Shown here: positions 21,292 to 31,323 of the stretch, piece by piece
Position numbering within the stretch: position 1 is the first letter of the stretch
Layout: each line of letters starts with the position of its first letter
Source: Corynebacterium kroppenstedtii
GTDB lineage: Bacteria > Actinomycetota > Actinomycetes > Mycobacteriales > Mycobacteriaceae
Assembly: GCF_003243515.1 (NCBI RefSeq)
Contig: NZ_QFRA01000016.1
Span: 2,359 to 66,358, forward strand
Length of the DNA stretch: 64,000 nucleotides
Direction: 5' to 3'
The notes under the pieces: model-generated
Seen by the model: the letters and a program-made list of their open reading frames with translations, nothing else
Database searches by the model: none
What the model was told of the DNA's origin: nothing
Made by a program: the position numbers and the translations under genes

Positions 21292-22830
21292 TTAATGGAA
21301 CTCTCGCGGGCCGCAAATGAACGCGACCGAGGAATTCTTCCCCTGCCTATCCCCCACCTGCGTGATCACGATCGTGTAGCTACAGCCTGACACCCCGGCC
21401 GACGGTGAATCCGCGGCCGACTCTCTTTGAGGCAGTTGGTCAGCGGAGGTTTCTTTGTTGCGGTTGTTGCGCTGATTACGCGCCTTCTTCCCCGAATGCT
21501 TCCGCGCGGCAGACATGATTTTTGCCCGAACATGATCGGGGTTCGCCGCCACACCACGCACGAGAATTTCGATCTGTTCTGGAGCACGCTTCGCCATCGT
21601 CGACGTCAGTTTGGGCAGTGGCACAACATCCAGCACCTCACACGCTAAAACACCTGCTGGCGGTGTATCGCCAGTTAAGAAGGCAATATGAGGATCGATC
21701 TGACGCATCCCCCACCGATACGCAGCTTGACGTACCAATCCTGCCCGCACAATCGCTCCATCCGGATCGACGATGTAGCGATCAGCCAGGTTCTTCTTTC
21801 CGCTTCCGGTGTCCTCGTTGACATCCGACAAAGGTGCCGAAGAACCTGCTGTTTGCGGGACTTCTGGATCAGTGTCAGTGAACATGTCGAGAGATCCATC
21901 CGCATGGATCAGGGTTGCCCGGCGCGTAACACGTCGCTGCTGAACCAGGTTGTCGTGATCATCCGTGTTGTCGTCACCCCTGAGTAGCGCACAAATACCC
22001 GACGTTGACGCCGCAATTTCGGGCGTCCACAAGCATGCCTCTTTAACAGCACCAGCAACGGAGATAATCTCTACTTCTCCATCCCAACTGGAGTAATCGA
22101 TCCCAGGGGCGCACTTCACGACGAGCTCCGGCGTATTACCGGCGTGAGAACCCGCTTGCTCTCCAGGCCTCAGACCACGCCATATGTCGATCAAGCCAGG
22201 TAGAGGCGGGATTAAATCCTGAGGCTGGGAAATTCGTCGGCCTTGAGCACGTCGTGCAGGATCGGCGACAACAACAGCCGGAAAAGACACAGGACACAAA
22301 GCATCAGCGCGGAAAATCAGCGGGCGAGTGAACCGCGCCACATCTACTTGTGCGGTCTTCTCAAGCACGGACATATTGTGCCGGGCCATCGCTACCCTGC
22401 CGGGATCGATATCAGACCCGATAGTGGTCAACCCCTCGCCAGCAAGAGCAGCAAGTTCACTGCCAATGGAGCATGTGACATCGTGAACCAGCCCGCCTGC
22501 CTGCAACGATCGCACCAATGCCAACCGTCGCGCCCTGTACTGAGCAATCACCAGGGCGGTTGCTTGCTGAACCGACTCCGCGTCGACAAGCCATTCGTCA
22601 ACAACATCCTCAGATATTTTGGCGTCCACCGGTCGAGCGCCCCGTGCTGACCGTCGAGCAACCATTAATTCAGCCAGAGCACGACCATATTGGCCATATT
22701 TCGAACGCAACCGAGCCCCGTCGGCAAATTCAGTGGCCTTCGAAAACTCCAGAGGTTCCGCCTCGGCGCACGCGTCCGGATGGCTCGTTATCCACGCAAC
22801 GTCGTCTCGGGATAACACCGTTAGGCCCAC
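21292..22830 (-). CDS. putative class I SAM-dependent methyltransferase with a basic low-complexity insert near the C-terminus
   Basis: 512-aa ORF with a possible motif-I-like stretch VHDVTCSIGSELAAL and a basic insert KHSGKKARNQRNNRNKE. The GTG start overlaps the upstream NUDIX stop by 10 nt. The family assignment is tentative. Confidence 0.55.
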   Translation of the reverse strand: MGLTVLSRDDVAWITSHPDACAEAEPLEFSKATEFADGARLRSKYGQYGRALAELMVARRSARGARPVDAKISEDVVDEWLVDAESVQQATALVIAQYRARRLALVRSLQAGGLVHDVTCSIGSELAALAGEGLTTIGSDIDPGRVAMARHNMSVLEKTAQVDVARFTRPLIFRADALCPVSFPAVVVADPARRAQGRRISQPQDLIPPLPGLIDIWRGLRPGEQAGSHAGNTPELVVKCAPGIDYSSWDGEVEIISVAGAVKEACLWTPEIAASTSGICALLRGDDNTDDHDNLVQQRRVTRRATLIHADGSLDMFTDTDPEVPQTAGSSAPLSDVNEDTGSGKKNLADRYIVDPDGAIVRAGLVRQAAYRWGMRQIDPHIAFLTGDTPPAGVLACEVLDVVPLPKLTSTMAKRAPEQIEILVRGVAANPDHVRAKIMSAARKHSGKKARNQRNNRNKETSADQLPQRESAADSPSAGVSGCSYTIVITQVGDRQGKNSSVAFICGPREFH

Positions 22831-23645
22831 CCGCGGGCGTAGTACGTGTCAAAAGAGCGTTCCACAGTGAAATATTCATCCATGAAGGGGCGATCTCGAA
22901 CCGCGCCGGTCACAGGTTCAACAGTCAGATCCGACGCATACCCCAGCACTTCATCAACAGTTCGGAATGTATCCAGCATGCGCAACTGCACCCACGTCGG
23001 CGGGAGGAGACGAATTTTGCGGTAACGCCAGCCATCGAGAAGCGTTGATGGCCTAAACCACCCGCTCGACGCGGCTTCTATCGCATCATCGTGCGTGTTC
23101 TGTCCTTCCGGCTGCGCGGCCACGAAGAAGTGGGTGTCATAGCGCGCCGTGTCCCCGGGTGGGCTCACCCAGTTTGCCCAGGGTCGCAGCAGGTCAGCGC
23201 GGAGATACAGGCCAGTGTCGTCCAGGAAATTAGAAAACGCCAACTCGTGGCTTTCTAGGCGCGAGCGAAAGGGAATGTAGGGGTCGGTATCGCCCACAAC
23301 ATTGCCGTCGTGTAGCCCAGCCAAAAGAGTTCCCGATTCCTCAAAGGTTTCTCGCACAGCGGCACAGACCAGCGCGCGGGCATCGTCCCGCGGAACTTTC
23401 AAATGACGTGCCCACCAGGATGTATCGTGACCAACCCACCGAAGCTCCGGTGAATCCACACCGTCACCATCGACGTCCCCGGGAAGATCACGCTGGTCAA
23501 CGCCGCCACCAGGGAAAACGGTCATTTCCGGGTAGTGGACCATCGTGGAGGCGCGTTCTTGAACGTAGACCTCCATCCCCCACACCGTGTCCCGCAGCAA
23601 CAGAACGGTAGAGGCACGTCTCTCACCTGTCGGTGTCAGAAACAT
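22821..23645 (-). CDS. NUDIX hydrolase
   Basis: FPGGGVDQRD...ALVCAAVRETFEESGTLL Nudix box. ATG 23643-23645 is preceded by AGGGAGGG. Confidence 0.75.
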   Translation of the reverse strand: MFLTPTGERRASTVLLLRDTVWGMEVYVQERASTMVHYPEMTVFPGGGVDQRDLPGDVDGDGVDSPELRWVGHDTSWWARHLKVPRDDARALVCAAVRETFEESGTLLAGLHDGNVVGDTDPYIPFRSRLESHELAFSNFLDDTGLYLRADLLRPWANWVSPPGDTARYDTHFFVAAQPEGQNTHDDAIEAASSGWFRPSTLLDGWRYRKIRLLPPTWVQLRMLDTFRTVDEVLGYASDLTVEPVTGAVRDRPFMDEYFTVERSFDTYYARGWA

Positions 23646-23755
23646 GACCCTCCCTTTCTGCCAAGCAGACAACTTGTACACCACACTGCTATCTCACAGT
23701 TTCGTCCGTGAGCATCTTCTGCGAGCATCGTAGATTAGCTCAAACACTACCGGAA

Positions 23756-24664
23756 TTATCGACGGTGACGCCGCGAGGATTTCACCCGGTGAGCAAAGAA
23801 ACGGCCGTCGACGGTATCCAACGTAATCGGCTGATGGAACGTCTTCGTTAAATTCTCTCCAGTGAGGACCTCGTCGATAGGCCCGGCGACAACCTGTTTG
23901 CCCTCGTCAAGGAGCATTGCGTGGGTGAAGCCCTGGGGAATTTCTTCCACGTGGTGAGTAACCATAACGATCACGGGAGCATCCGGGTTATTCGCCAGTG
24001 TGGACAGGCGCTCAACTAGGTCCTCACGCCCGCCGAGGTCAAGCCCAGCGCCTGGCTCGTCGAGAAGAAGTAGTTCCGGATCAGTCATTAAGGAGCGCGC
24101 GATTAAAACCCGTTTACGCTCCCCTTCTGACAGGGTCGACCATGTTCGGTCGGCTAAATGCATGGCGCCGAGATCTTCAAGGATGAGCGTTGCTTGTTCC
24201 TTATCGACGTCGTCGTACTGCTCACGCCACCGACCCAGAATGTTGTATCCAGCGGAAATCACTAAGTCGAGAACCCGCTCGCGACCGGGAATACGCTGGG
24301 CCAATGCGGAGGACGACATGCCGATCATCGTCCGCACATCCCGCACATCGGTCTTGCCCAAAACCTCGCCCATAATCACGCTGCGGCCCGTCGTCGAATA
24401 GGTTTCCGCACCCGCGACCTTCATCAGCGTCGTCTTACCAGCACCATTCGGACCAATAATGACCCAACGCTGCCCGGGTTTCACCACCCAGTTCATGGAC
24501 TGCAGCAGCGTCGAACCATTCCGAACGACGCTCACGTCGTCAAGGGAAATAAGAGCCTCGGGGTCAATCGGAAGTGCATCAAGCTCCTCACGAGAGCGAA
24601 CCGTCGCATGAGGCTGAGAATCATCGGAACCATGCGTATGGGAGGAAGTGTCGTGTCGAGTCAC
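23756..24664 (-). CDS. ABC-type ATPase (single NBD, no adjacent permease)
   Basis: Walker A GPNGAGKTT, signature LSEGERKRV, Walker B LLLLDEPGAGLD and H-loop VTHH. Confidence 0.85.
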   Translation of the reverse strand: MTRHDTSSHTHGSDDSQPHATVRSREELDALPIDPEALISLDDVSVVRNGSTLLQSMNWVVKPGQRWVIIGPNGAGKTTLMKVAGAETYSTTGRSVIMGEVLGKTDVRDVRTMIGMSSSALAQRIPGRERVLDLVISAGYNILGRWREQYDDVDKEQATLILEDLGAMHLADRTWSTLSEGERKRVLIARSLMTDPELLLLDEPGAGLDLGGREDLVERLSTLANNPDAPVIVMVTHHVEEIPQGFTHAMLLDEGKQVVAGPIDEVLTGENLTKTFHQPITLDTVDGRFFAHRVKSSRRHRR

Positions 24665-24845
24665 ATCACCATCTTAGGGCTTACCCACGACACGTTCTGT
24701 CACTTTGCACAAAGCGTCGTCACTTTCGGTGGCCTGCCGCTGAAACTGACCAGCCCAAAAAGGGGTTCTGTGCTGCGCGATATCTGGGTTGTCCTCTACT
24801 CTGTTGGAGAGAAAGAGTGCGGAGCACGACAAAAAGGAGATACCT

Positions 24846-26894
24846 GTGACCGGACGGCTCGGAACCGTTGGACGACTCGGCATTGACGACGTCCGCCCCC
24901 GCGTATCCAGTGGCGAAGTACCCGCCAAGGCAGTGGTCGGAGAGGTCATCCCCCTCAGCGCTGTCGTGTGGCGCGAGGGGCACGACGCTGTCTCTGCCAC
25001 AGCCATCGTGAAGGGGCCTACCTCCGCGTCGGGGCCCTCCGCCGTTCAGCGCATCCCCATGGTGCCGGCACATGGCGATCCCGACCTGGTCAACGCCATA
25101 TTCGTGCCCGACTGCCCGGGGACGTGGACGTTCCGTATCGACGCATGGTCGGACCCCTACCGCACGTGGCGGCACGCCATCGAGGCCAAGGTTGAAGCTG
25201 GTCAAAGCGCCGAAGAGGTCGCGAATGACCTCGAAATTGGCGCGCGAATTATGGAGGACACCGCCAACAATGTCGCGTCCGTCACCGACCGCCCCCACCT
25301 GTTGTCTGTCGCCGCGTCGTTGCGGTCCGATCGCGATATCCGCGCGCGCATTGCCCCGGCACTGTCGGCAGAAACGACGAGCATTTTCCGACGGACACCT
25401 CTCCGCGAACTCTTGACGCGTGGCCGCACCTACGAGGTGTACGTGGAACGTCGGCGCGCACTCATCGGATCCTGGTACGAGTTCTTCCCGCGCTCCACCG
25501 GAGGCGTGGAGAATGGCGAACCGGTGCACGGAACGTTTGCGACCGCCGCCGAGTCTCTCGACCGGATCGCGCGAATGAACTTTGACGTCGTGTATCTCCC
25601 GCCGATCCACCCCATCGGCCATATCAATCGCAAGGGGAAAAATAACACCCTTGACCCCACGCCGGATGACGTCGGTTCCCCCTGGGCCATCGGATCATCT
25701 GAGGGTGGCCATGACGCGGTTCACCCCGACCTTGGCGCTCTCGACGATTTTGATGCGTTTGTTGCCCGGGCTCGTGAACTCAATCTCGAGGTAGCGCTCG
25801 ATTTCGCGTTGCAGTGCGCCCCTGACCACCCGTGGGCTGCGCCTCACTCCGAATGGTTTACCGTTCTTCCCGACGGCACTATTGCTTACGCGGAAAACCC
25901 GCCGAAGAAATATCAAGACATCTACCCCTTGAATTTCGATAATGATCCCGAAGGATTATTCGCTGAAATTCATCGCGTCCTGGTGTTCTGGATCAAACGC
26001 GGAGTCCATATCTTCCGTGTGGATAACCCACACACCAAGCCCACTGCTTTTTGGGCGCGTCTGATTTCCACGATCCACCAGACGTACCCCGACATCGTTT
26101 TCCTCGCGGAAGCGTTTACACGTCGGCCAATCCTCTATGGCCTGGCAAAAGCTGGTTTTTCACAGTCGTACACCTATTTCACGTGGCAGACGTCGAAAAA
26201 AGAACTGGAAGCCTTTGCTGAGGAAATTCGGGATGCGGCCGACGCCTGCCGGCCCAATCTCTTCGTGAATACGCCCGACATTCTCCATGCGAGCCTTCAG
26301 CACGGCGGAAAGGCAATGTTCGCGATCCGTGCGGCTCTCGCCACCACCCTGAGCCCATCGTGGGGCATGTACTCCGGTTTCGAAATTTACGAACACGTCG
26401 CGGTCAAAGAGGGCAGCGAAGAATATCTCGATAGCGAAAAGTACCAGCTCAGGCCGCGTGATTTTGAGGGAGCTCGTCTCCGCGGGGAATCACTGGAACC
26501 GTTCGTGGCGGTGCTCAACACGATCCGCAGGGAGCAGCCTGCTCTTCAACAGCTCCGGACACTCAGGCTCGTGCCGTCGGATAACGACAAGATCATGGCG
26601 TACACCAAGGTTGATCCGCTTACGGGAAATGCGCTGGCCATCGTCGTCAATCTAGATTCTGAGAACGTCCAAGAGACGACAATTCACCTTGACCTGGAGT
26701 CGCTGGGGCTGCCCTCGACTGTTGAGGTTCACGACCTTATTACTGACCAACAATGGACGTGGGGTGAGGACAATTATGTTCGCCTCGATCCGACCTTCAA
26801 CGTGTGTCACATCGTTAAATTGCCGGAAATCCCCACTGACTATCGCGACCGCAGCGGCTTTGCTCCTCACCACGAGTATCGCTACACCTGCTAA
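24846..26894 (+). CDS. glgE: alpha-1,4-glucan:maltose-1-phosphate maltosyltransferase
   Basis: N-terminus GRLGIDDVRPRVSSGEVPAKAVVGE, GH13 motifs FRVDNPHTKP and FLAEAFT. GTG 24846 has AAGGAG 6 nt upstream; the ORF is open from 24789. Confidence 0.9.
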   Translation: MTGRLGTVGRLGIDDVRPRVSSGEVPAKAVVGEVIPLSAVVWREGHDAVSATAIVKGPTSASGPSAVQRIPMVPAHGDPDLVNAIFVPDCPGTWTFRIDAWSDPYRTWRHAIEAKVEAGQSAEEVANDLEIGARIMEDTANNVASVTDRPHLLSVAASLRSDRDIRARIAPALSAETTSIFRRTPLRELLTRGRTYEVYVERRRALIGSWYEFFPRSTGGVENGEPVHGTFATAAESLDRIARMNFDVVYLPPIHPIGHINRKGKNNTLDPTPDDVGSPWAIGSSEGGHDAVHPDLGALDDFDAFVARARELNLEVALDFALQCAPDHPWAAPHSEWFTVLPDGTIAYAENPPKKYQDIYPLNFDNDPEGLFAEIHRVLVFWIKRGVHIFRVDNPHTKPTAFWARLISTIHQTYPDIVFLAEAFTRRPILYGLAKAGFSQSYTYFTWQTSKKELEAFAEEIRDAADACRPNLFVNTPDILHASLQHGGKAMFAIRAALATTLSPSWGMYSGFEIYEHVAVKEGSEEYLDSEKYQLRPRDFEGARLRGESLEPFVAVLNTIRREQPALQQLRTLRLVPSDNDKIMAYTKVDPLTGNALAIVVNLDSENVQETTIHLDLESLGLPSTVEVHDLITDQQWTWGEDNYVRLDPTFNVCHIVKLPEIPTDYRDRSGFAPHHEYRYTC

Positions 26895-26948
26895 GACCTG
26901 CTAAAACGACGGTACCCGTACACGCCGCCCACCCCCTGAGGAGAGACC

Positions 26949-29123
26949 ATGCCAACTATCGACCCTAATGACCGCGCACGCATACTTGCAGGTACCCATT
27001 ACAACCCGCACTCCGTTCTTGGGGCACACCCGCACGACGACGGAACGACGACGATCACGGCGTTTCGGCCCGGCGCGGAGTCAGTCACCGTGGAGACCCC
27101 GTCCGAGACTGTCGACGCGGTTAACGACGGTGATGGTTTCTTTACCGCATCCATCCACGGCGGAGTGACCGACCACCGGCTGCACATCACCTATCCCGAT
27201 GGTGAGACCGTAACGATTGCTAATGGGTACACGTGGCTACCCACGCTCGGGGAAATGGATATCCACCTCATCGGCGAGGGACGCCACGAACGCCTGTGGG
27301 AAGTGCTGGGTGCTCATGTCCGCCATTACGACACCGAGATGGGGAGCGTCGACGGTACCTCATTCGCTGTGTGGGCGCCGAATGCTCAGGGCGTGACAGT
27401 CACCGGATCGTTCTGCGCGTGGAACAAGAACCAGTTCCCCATGCGCTCGCTGGGGTCGTCGGGAATTTGGGAAGTTTTCGTCCCCAACGTCTCCGCCGGG
27501 GCGTACTACAAATTCTGCGTGACCACGCTTGATGGGAACCGGATCGATAAGGCCGACCCCATGGCGCGGCGGGCTGAGGTGCCGCCGGCTACGGCGTCGA
27601 TCGTGGCCGATAGTGATTACGCATGGTCCGATGACGAGTGGATGGCCGAAAAGCCCCGGAAGAATCTCCAGGACTCGCCTATCTCGATTTACGAAGTTCA
27701 CCTGGAGTCCTGGCATAAGGGCCTTTCCTACACAGAGCTCGCGGATGAATGGGTGTCCTATGTTTCGGACATGGGGTACACGCATGTGGAATTCATGCCT
27801 GTCACCGAATACCCGTTCTCGGGGTCGTGGGGGTACCAAGTCACCTCGTATTACGCCCCCACATCGCGCTTCGGTACTCCCGACGAGTTTCGCGCCCTTG
27901 TCGACGCCTTCCACGAGGCTGGAATCGGGGTCATCATGGACTGGGTCCCTGGGCACTTCCCCAAGGATGAGTGGGCACTCGCCCGCTTCGACGGCCGCGC
28001 CTGCTACGAGCACCCCGATTGGCGACGAGGGGAACAAAAGGATTGGGGCACCTACGTCTTCGACTTCGGGCGAGCAGAAGTGCGCAACTTCCTCGTGGCG
28101 AACGCGTTGTACTGGGTGGATCAGTTCCACATCGACGGATTGCGTGTCGACGCTGTCGCCTCGATTTTGTACCTCGATTACAGCCGTAAAGAGGGCGAAT
28201 GGCTCCCCAACCAGTACGGTGGCCGCGAGAATCTCGATGCCGTTCAATTCCTGCAGGAGATGAACGCCACCGTCGAGAGGGCCTATCCCGGGACAATGAC
28301 CGTGGCTGAGGAATCCACCTCGTGGCCAGGGGTGACGGCCCCAACTTACGATGGCGGCCTGGGATTTACGTTCAAGTGGAACATGGGGTGGATGCACGAC
28401 ACCCTGGAATACATCTCTAATGACCCCATTTACCGCCCCTGGCACCATGGAGATATCACGTTTTCGCTGGTCTACGCGTGGTCTGAAAAGTTCATTCTTC
28501 CCATTAGCCATGATGAAGTGGTTTATGGGAAGGGGACGCTATGGTCGCGGATGCCGAACGATACGTGGAATAAGGCAGCAGGGCTGCGTACCTATCTAGC
28601 GTTCATGTGGGCACACCCCGGTAAGCAACTCTTGTTCCAGGGGCAGGACTTTGGGCAAACCACAGAGTGGAACCACGATGAGTCTCTGCCGTGGGGGCAG
28701 CAAGAAGGCTGGGAAGGCGAATACCATGCAGCCGTATCGCGCCTGGTCAAGGACCTTAACGGCCTCTACTCTGCTACCCCTGCACTCTACACACAAGACA
28801 ACGAACCCAGCGGTTTTTCGTGGATTAACGCTAGCGATGCTCAACGCGGCGTGCTGAGCTTCATGCGGTACGGGTCGAACGGGCAGCGAGTCGCGTGCGT
28901 ATTCAATTTCTCGGGAACCACATATCCCCAGTACCAACCGGGCCTCACCAATGCTGGACGGTGGACAGAGATTCTCAACACCGACTCGTCCGATTATGAG
29001 GGCGCTGGCGGCGGCAACTTGGGGCAGATCACGGCGAATAGTGGTGAATACGACGGCTACCCTGCCTCAGCGACTATCTTCGTGCCCGCCATGAGTGCCC
29101 TGTTCTTCCGCTTCGACGGATAG
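26949..29123 (+). CDS. glgB: 1,4-alpha-glucan branching enzyme
   Basis: 724 aa with GH13 motifs [31 protein letters not shown] and [14 protein letters not shown] lies upstream of the ATG. Confidence 0.95.
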   Translation: MPTIDPNDRARILAGTHYNPHSVLGAHPHDDGTTTITAFRPGAESVTVETPSETVDAVNDGDGFFTASIHGGVTDHRLHITYPDGETVTIANGYTWLPTLGEMDIHLIGEGRHERLWEVLGAHVRHYDTEMGSVDGTSFAVWAPNAQGVTVTGSFCAWNKNQFPMRSLGSSGIWEVFVPNVSAGAYYKFCVTTLDGNRIDKADPMARRAEVPPATASIVADSDYAWSDDEWMAEKPRKNLQDSPISIYEVHLESWHKGLSYTELADEWVSYVSDMGYTHVEFMPVTEYPFSGSWGYQVTSYYAPTSRFGTPDEFRALVDAFHEAGIGVIMDWVPGHFPKDEWALARFDGRACYEHPDWRRGEQKDWGTYVFDFGRAEVRNFLVANALYWVDQFHIDGLRVDAVASILYLDYSRKEGEWLPNQYGGRENLDAVQFLQEMNATVERAYPGTMTVAEESTSWPGVTAPTYDGGLGFTFKWNMGWMHDTLEYISNDPIYRPWHHGDITFSLVYAWSEKFILPISHDEVVYGKGTLWSRMPNDTWNKAAGLRTYLAFMWAHPGKQLLFQGQDFGQTTEWNHDESLPWGQQEGWEGEYHAAVSRLVKDLNGLYSATPALYTQDNEPSGFSWINASDAQRGVLSFMRYGSNGQRVACVFNFSGTTYPQYQPGLTNAGRWTEILNTDSSDYEGAGGGNLGQITANSGEYDGYPASATIFVPAMSALFFRFDG

Positions 29124-29203
29124 TGGCGGGGATGATGTTCGCCCGGCTGGCGGGCTAGCGGGAACGATCGCTACCCGTCTGCTAGGCCGACCAGGCTCGG
29201 GTG

Positions 29204-30208
29204 TTAGAACAGGGCGCTCGCCATTTCCCGTCTGGCTGTGGCTACGCGCGGGTCGGCGGGATCACACAACGTGAAAAGTTCGATCAACCGATCTTTAACC
29301 TGGGTCTTTTGATCCCCCGCCGATACCCGTAGGAGGTCCAGGAGCACGCGAAACGCGTCCTCTTCCTTCGACGAGATCATGTACTGATCAGCCTGAGCGA
29401 AGGTCTTCTCTGGTTCAGACGTCGGGTCGTCGGATGCGTGCGCCTCTGACACTCGTTTGAGGAGGGACACGTTCGCACGCGCAGCCTTGGCCTCAGCATT
29501 GTGCGGCTCGGCATCGATAATCTTGTCGTAGGCGGCGAGCGCAGCATCGAAGTCGCCGTTATTGAGGTCCTCTTCAGCGGCGTCTAGCCGTGGGTCCGAT
29601 GGAGGTTCTTCATCCTGAGCCGCCGACGCTTTATCGGCGTCGGGAATACCAGGCAATTGGTCGCCGACTGCCTGCAGGATTTGGTCGATCCACCCCTGTA
29701 ATTGTTCTTTCGGCTGTTGTCCTTCGAGAACTGAAATCGGGCGGCCATTTCCCAGTGCTATGACTGTCGGGATAGCGCGAACACCAAAGGCCTGAGCAAT
29801 CTGGGGAACTGTATCTGCACTGACATTGGCAAAGATCCACTTGTAATTCGCCTGCCGTGCCATGGACTCAAGATTCTGGACGATGTCTTGAGAATCTGGC
29901 GACCGCGTCAAACTAATCGCGACAATAACCGGGACCTGCATAGACCGCTTGAGGACGTCATTTTCAAAATTGGCCTCGGTAACATCGACGGTCATCTGCG
30001 CTGCGCCGCTCGTAGAGCCGCCACCGGGAACGCCGGCACCGCCAGGTGCATTATTCCCGGCAGATGAACCCGCCGTACTGCCGGTCCCGCGCGCTTGGCG
30101 CTGACGTTGTTTTTCCGCCTCCGCCCGAGCTTCGGCTCGTGCTTTAACTTCGCCTAAATCAACTGCACCAGCTATAAACCGCTCAGGGCCTTTTCCCGGA
30201 GATGTCAT
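29204..30208 (-). CDS. thioredoxin-fold plus TPR co-chaperone-like protein (YbbN/Rv1324-like)
   Basis: A central thioredoxin-like domain without a clear CxxC motif, a C-terminal TPR-like helical repeat region (NNGDFDAALAAYDKIIDAEPHNAEAKA) and a Gly/Ala-rich N-terminal linker. Confidence 0.7.
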   Translation of the reverse strand: MTSPGKGPERFIAGAVDLGEVKARAEARAEAEKQRQRQARGTGSTAGSSAGNNAPGGAGVPGGGSTSGAAQMTVDVTEANFENDVLKRSMQVPVIVAISLTRSPDSQDIVQNLESMARQANYKWIFANVSADTVPQIAQAFGVRAIPTVIALGNGRPISVLEGQQPKEQLQGWIDQILQAVGDQLPGIPDADKASAAQDEEPPSDPRLDAAEEDLNNGDFDAALAAYDKIIDAEPHNAEAKAARANVSLLKRVSEAHASDDPTSEPEKTFAQADQYMISSKEEDAFRVLLDLLRVSAGDQKTQVKDRLIELFTLCDPADPRVATARREMASALF

Positions 30209-30323
30209 TACTGTCTTGTACCCCTCTCAGTAAGAATGTCTAATTGTTCTGTGTCGTCACTGTGTATTCTTGGCGATGCTGTCGGGCGGTGCTACGTGGC
30301 ACCGTGTTCTACCCGTCCGTCAT

Positions 30324-30638
30324 TCACTTCTCAGGTGACGATGCGAGACGACGGTTCACAGCGTCCACCTTCTCGGTGAGCTGGTGGTCGTAGCCCGGGC
30401 GAATATCGGCTTTCACCACTAACGACGTCCGCGGGCTCACCGAGCTGACAGCTTCCGTTGCCCGCTTCACGACGTCGAAAACCTCGTCCCACTCCCCTTC
30501 GATCAGAGTGAACATGGCGTTTGTCTCATTCGGCAGCCCCGAATCCCGAACAACTCGGATTGCCTCAGCAACCGCATCCGCGACACCACCATCGTCGTCA
30601 GTTGAAGTAGTCGGAGCAACAGAAAACGCAACAATCAT
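30324..30638 (-). CDS. MTH1187/YkoF (DUF77) family thiamine-binding-like protein
   Basis: MIVAFSVAPT...AIRVVRDSGLPNETNAMFTLIEGEWDEVFDVVKRA; ~104 aa, typical for the family. The start is set at the MIVAFSV ATG rather than the long ORF start. Confidence 0.65.
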   Translation of the reverse strand: MIVAFSVAPTTSTDDDGGVADAVAEAIRVVRDSGLPNETNAMFTLIEGEWDEVFDVVKRATEAVSSVSPRTSLVVKADIRPGYDHQLTEKVDAVNRRLASSPEK

Positions 30639-30743
30639 GGCCCCGATTCTAGTCCAGCTCGGCGGACAATGTCGTACAAAATCACACCCCTGAATACGCC
30701 TGCGAAAAAGCGATATTGGCCGCGAGGGGCATAGCATAGAAGC

Positions 30744-31201
30744 ATGAGTAACAACGAGTACAGCACCGAAGTACCGCACGAACTAGTCAACTGCCTGGAT
30801 CACGTAGGTATCGCCACAGCTGACTTGGATGCCACGCTGGAGGGTACCGCACGAACATGGGGTGGATCTGCCACCACGTCGAAACAAATGAAGAGCAGGG
30901 TGTTCAGGAAGCCATGGTTGGCCCGAAGACCCTCACGGAGCTGCAGGGAATGATTCAGGTTCTGGCTCCGCTGAACGAAAAGTCGACGATCACTAAGTTC
31001 CTCGACAAGAAGGGCCCGGGTTTGCAGCAGATGTGTCTGCGCACGACCGATATTGACGCCCTCTGCGATCACCTGCGTAAGCAAGGTACCCGACTTCTTT
31101 ACGACGAGCCGAAGAACGGAACCGCCGGTGCTCGCATCAACTTCGTCCACCCGAAGGATGCAGGCGGAGTTCTTCTCGAACTGACTCAGCCAGGAAAGTA
31201 A
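30744..31201 (+). pseudogene. mce: methylmalonyl-CoA epimerase (VOC/glyoxalase fold), reading frame interrupted near 30840-30845
   Basis: The N-terminal LDHVGIATADLDATLEG is in one frame (ORF 30744-30953). The conserved continuation YRTNMGWICHHVETNEEQGVQEAMVG...GPGLQQMCLRT...INFVHPKDAGGVLLELTQ is in the -1 frame (ORF 30857-31201). A stop at ~30821-30823 in the second frame confines the junction to 30824-30850. Confidence 0.75.
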
Positions 31202-31217
31202 GTTTTCCTGTCACTGT

Positions 31218-31248
31218 GGGGTCCACGGTGGTGGGCCCCATTTTTGTT
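31218..31248 (+). terminator. intrinsic terminator after mce
   Basis: GGGGUCC (31218-31224), 8-nt loop, GGGCCCC (31233-31239, one G-U pair), followed by AUUUUUGUU. It is 17 nt after the stop. Confidence 0.7.
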
Positions 31249-31323
31249 GGGTTCGACGGTGACGGCGGGACCTTTGCTGAGCCCCATTTTCACTGGACGA
31301 GCGGGCACCCGGACCCTGGCACG

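Noticed and set aside
24720-25622. 300-aa ORF antisense to the glgE 5' half
   Set aside because: It has no recognisable motifs and an Arg/Gly/Ala-rich composition, while the opposite strand encodes clearly conserved GlgE. GC-rich antisense artefact.
27360-28511. 383-aa ORF antisense to glgB
   Set aside because: Same reasoning as above: glgB homology on the plus strand is continuous across this region, and the antisense product has no motif content.
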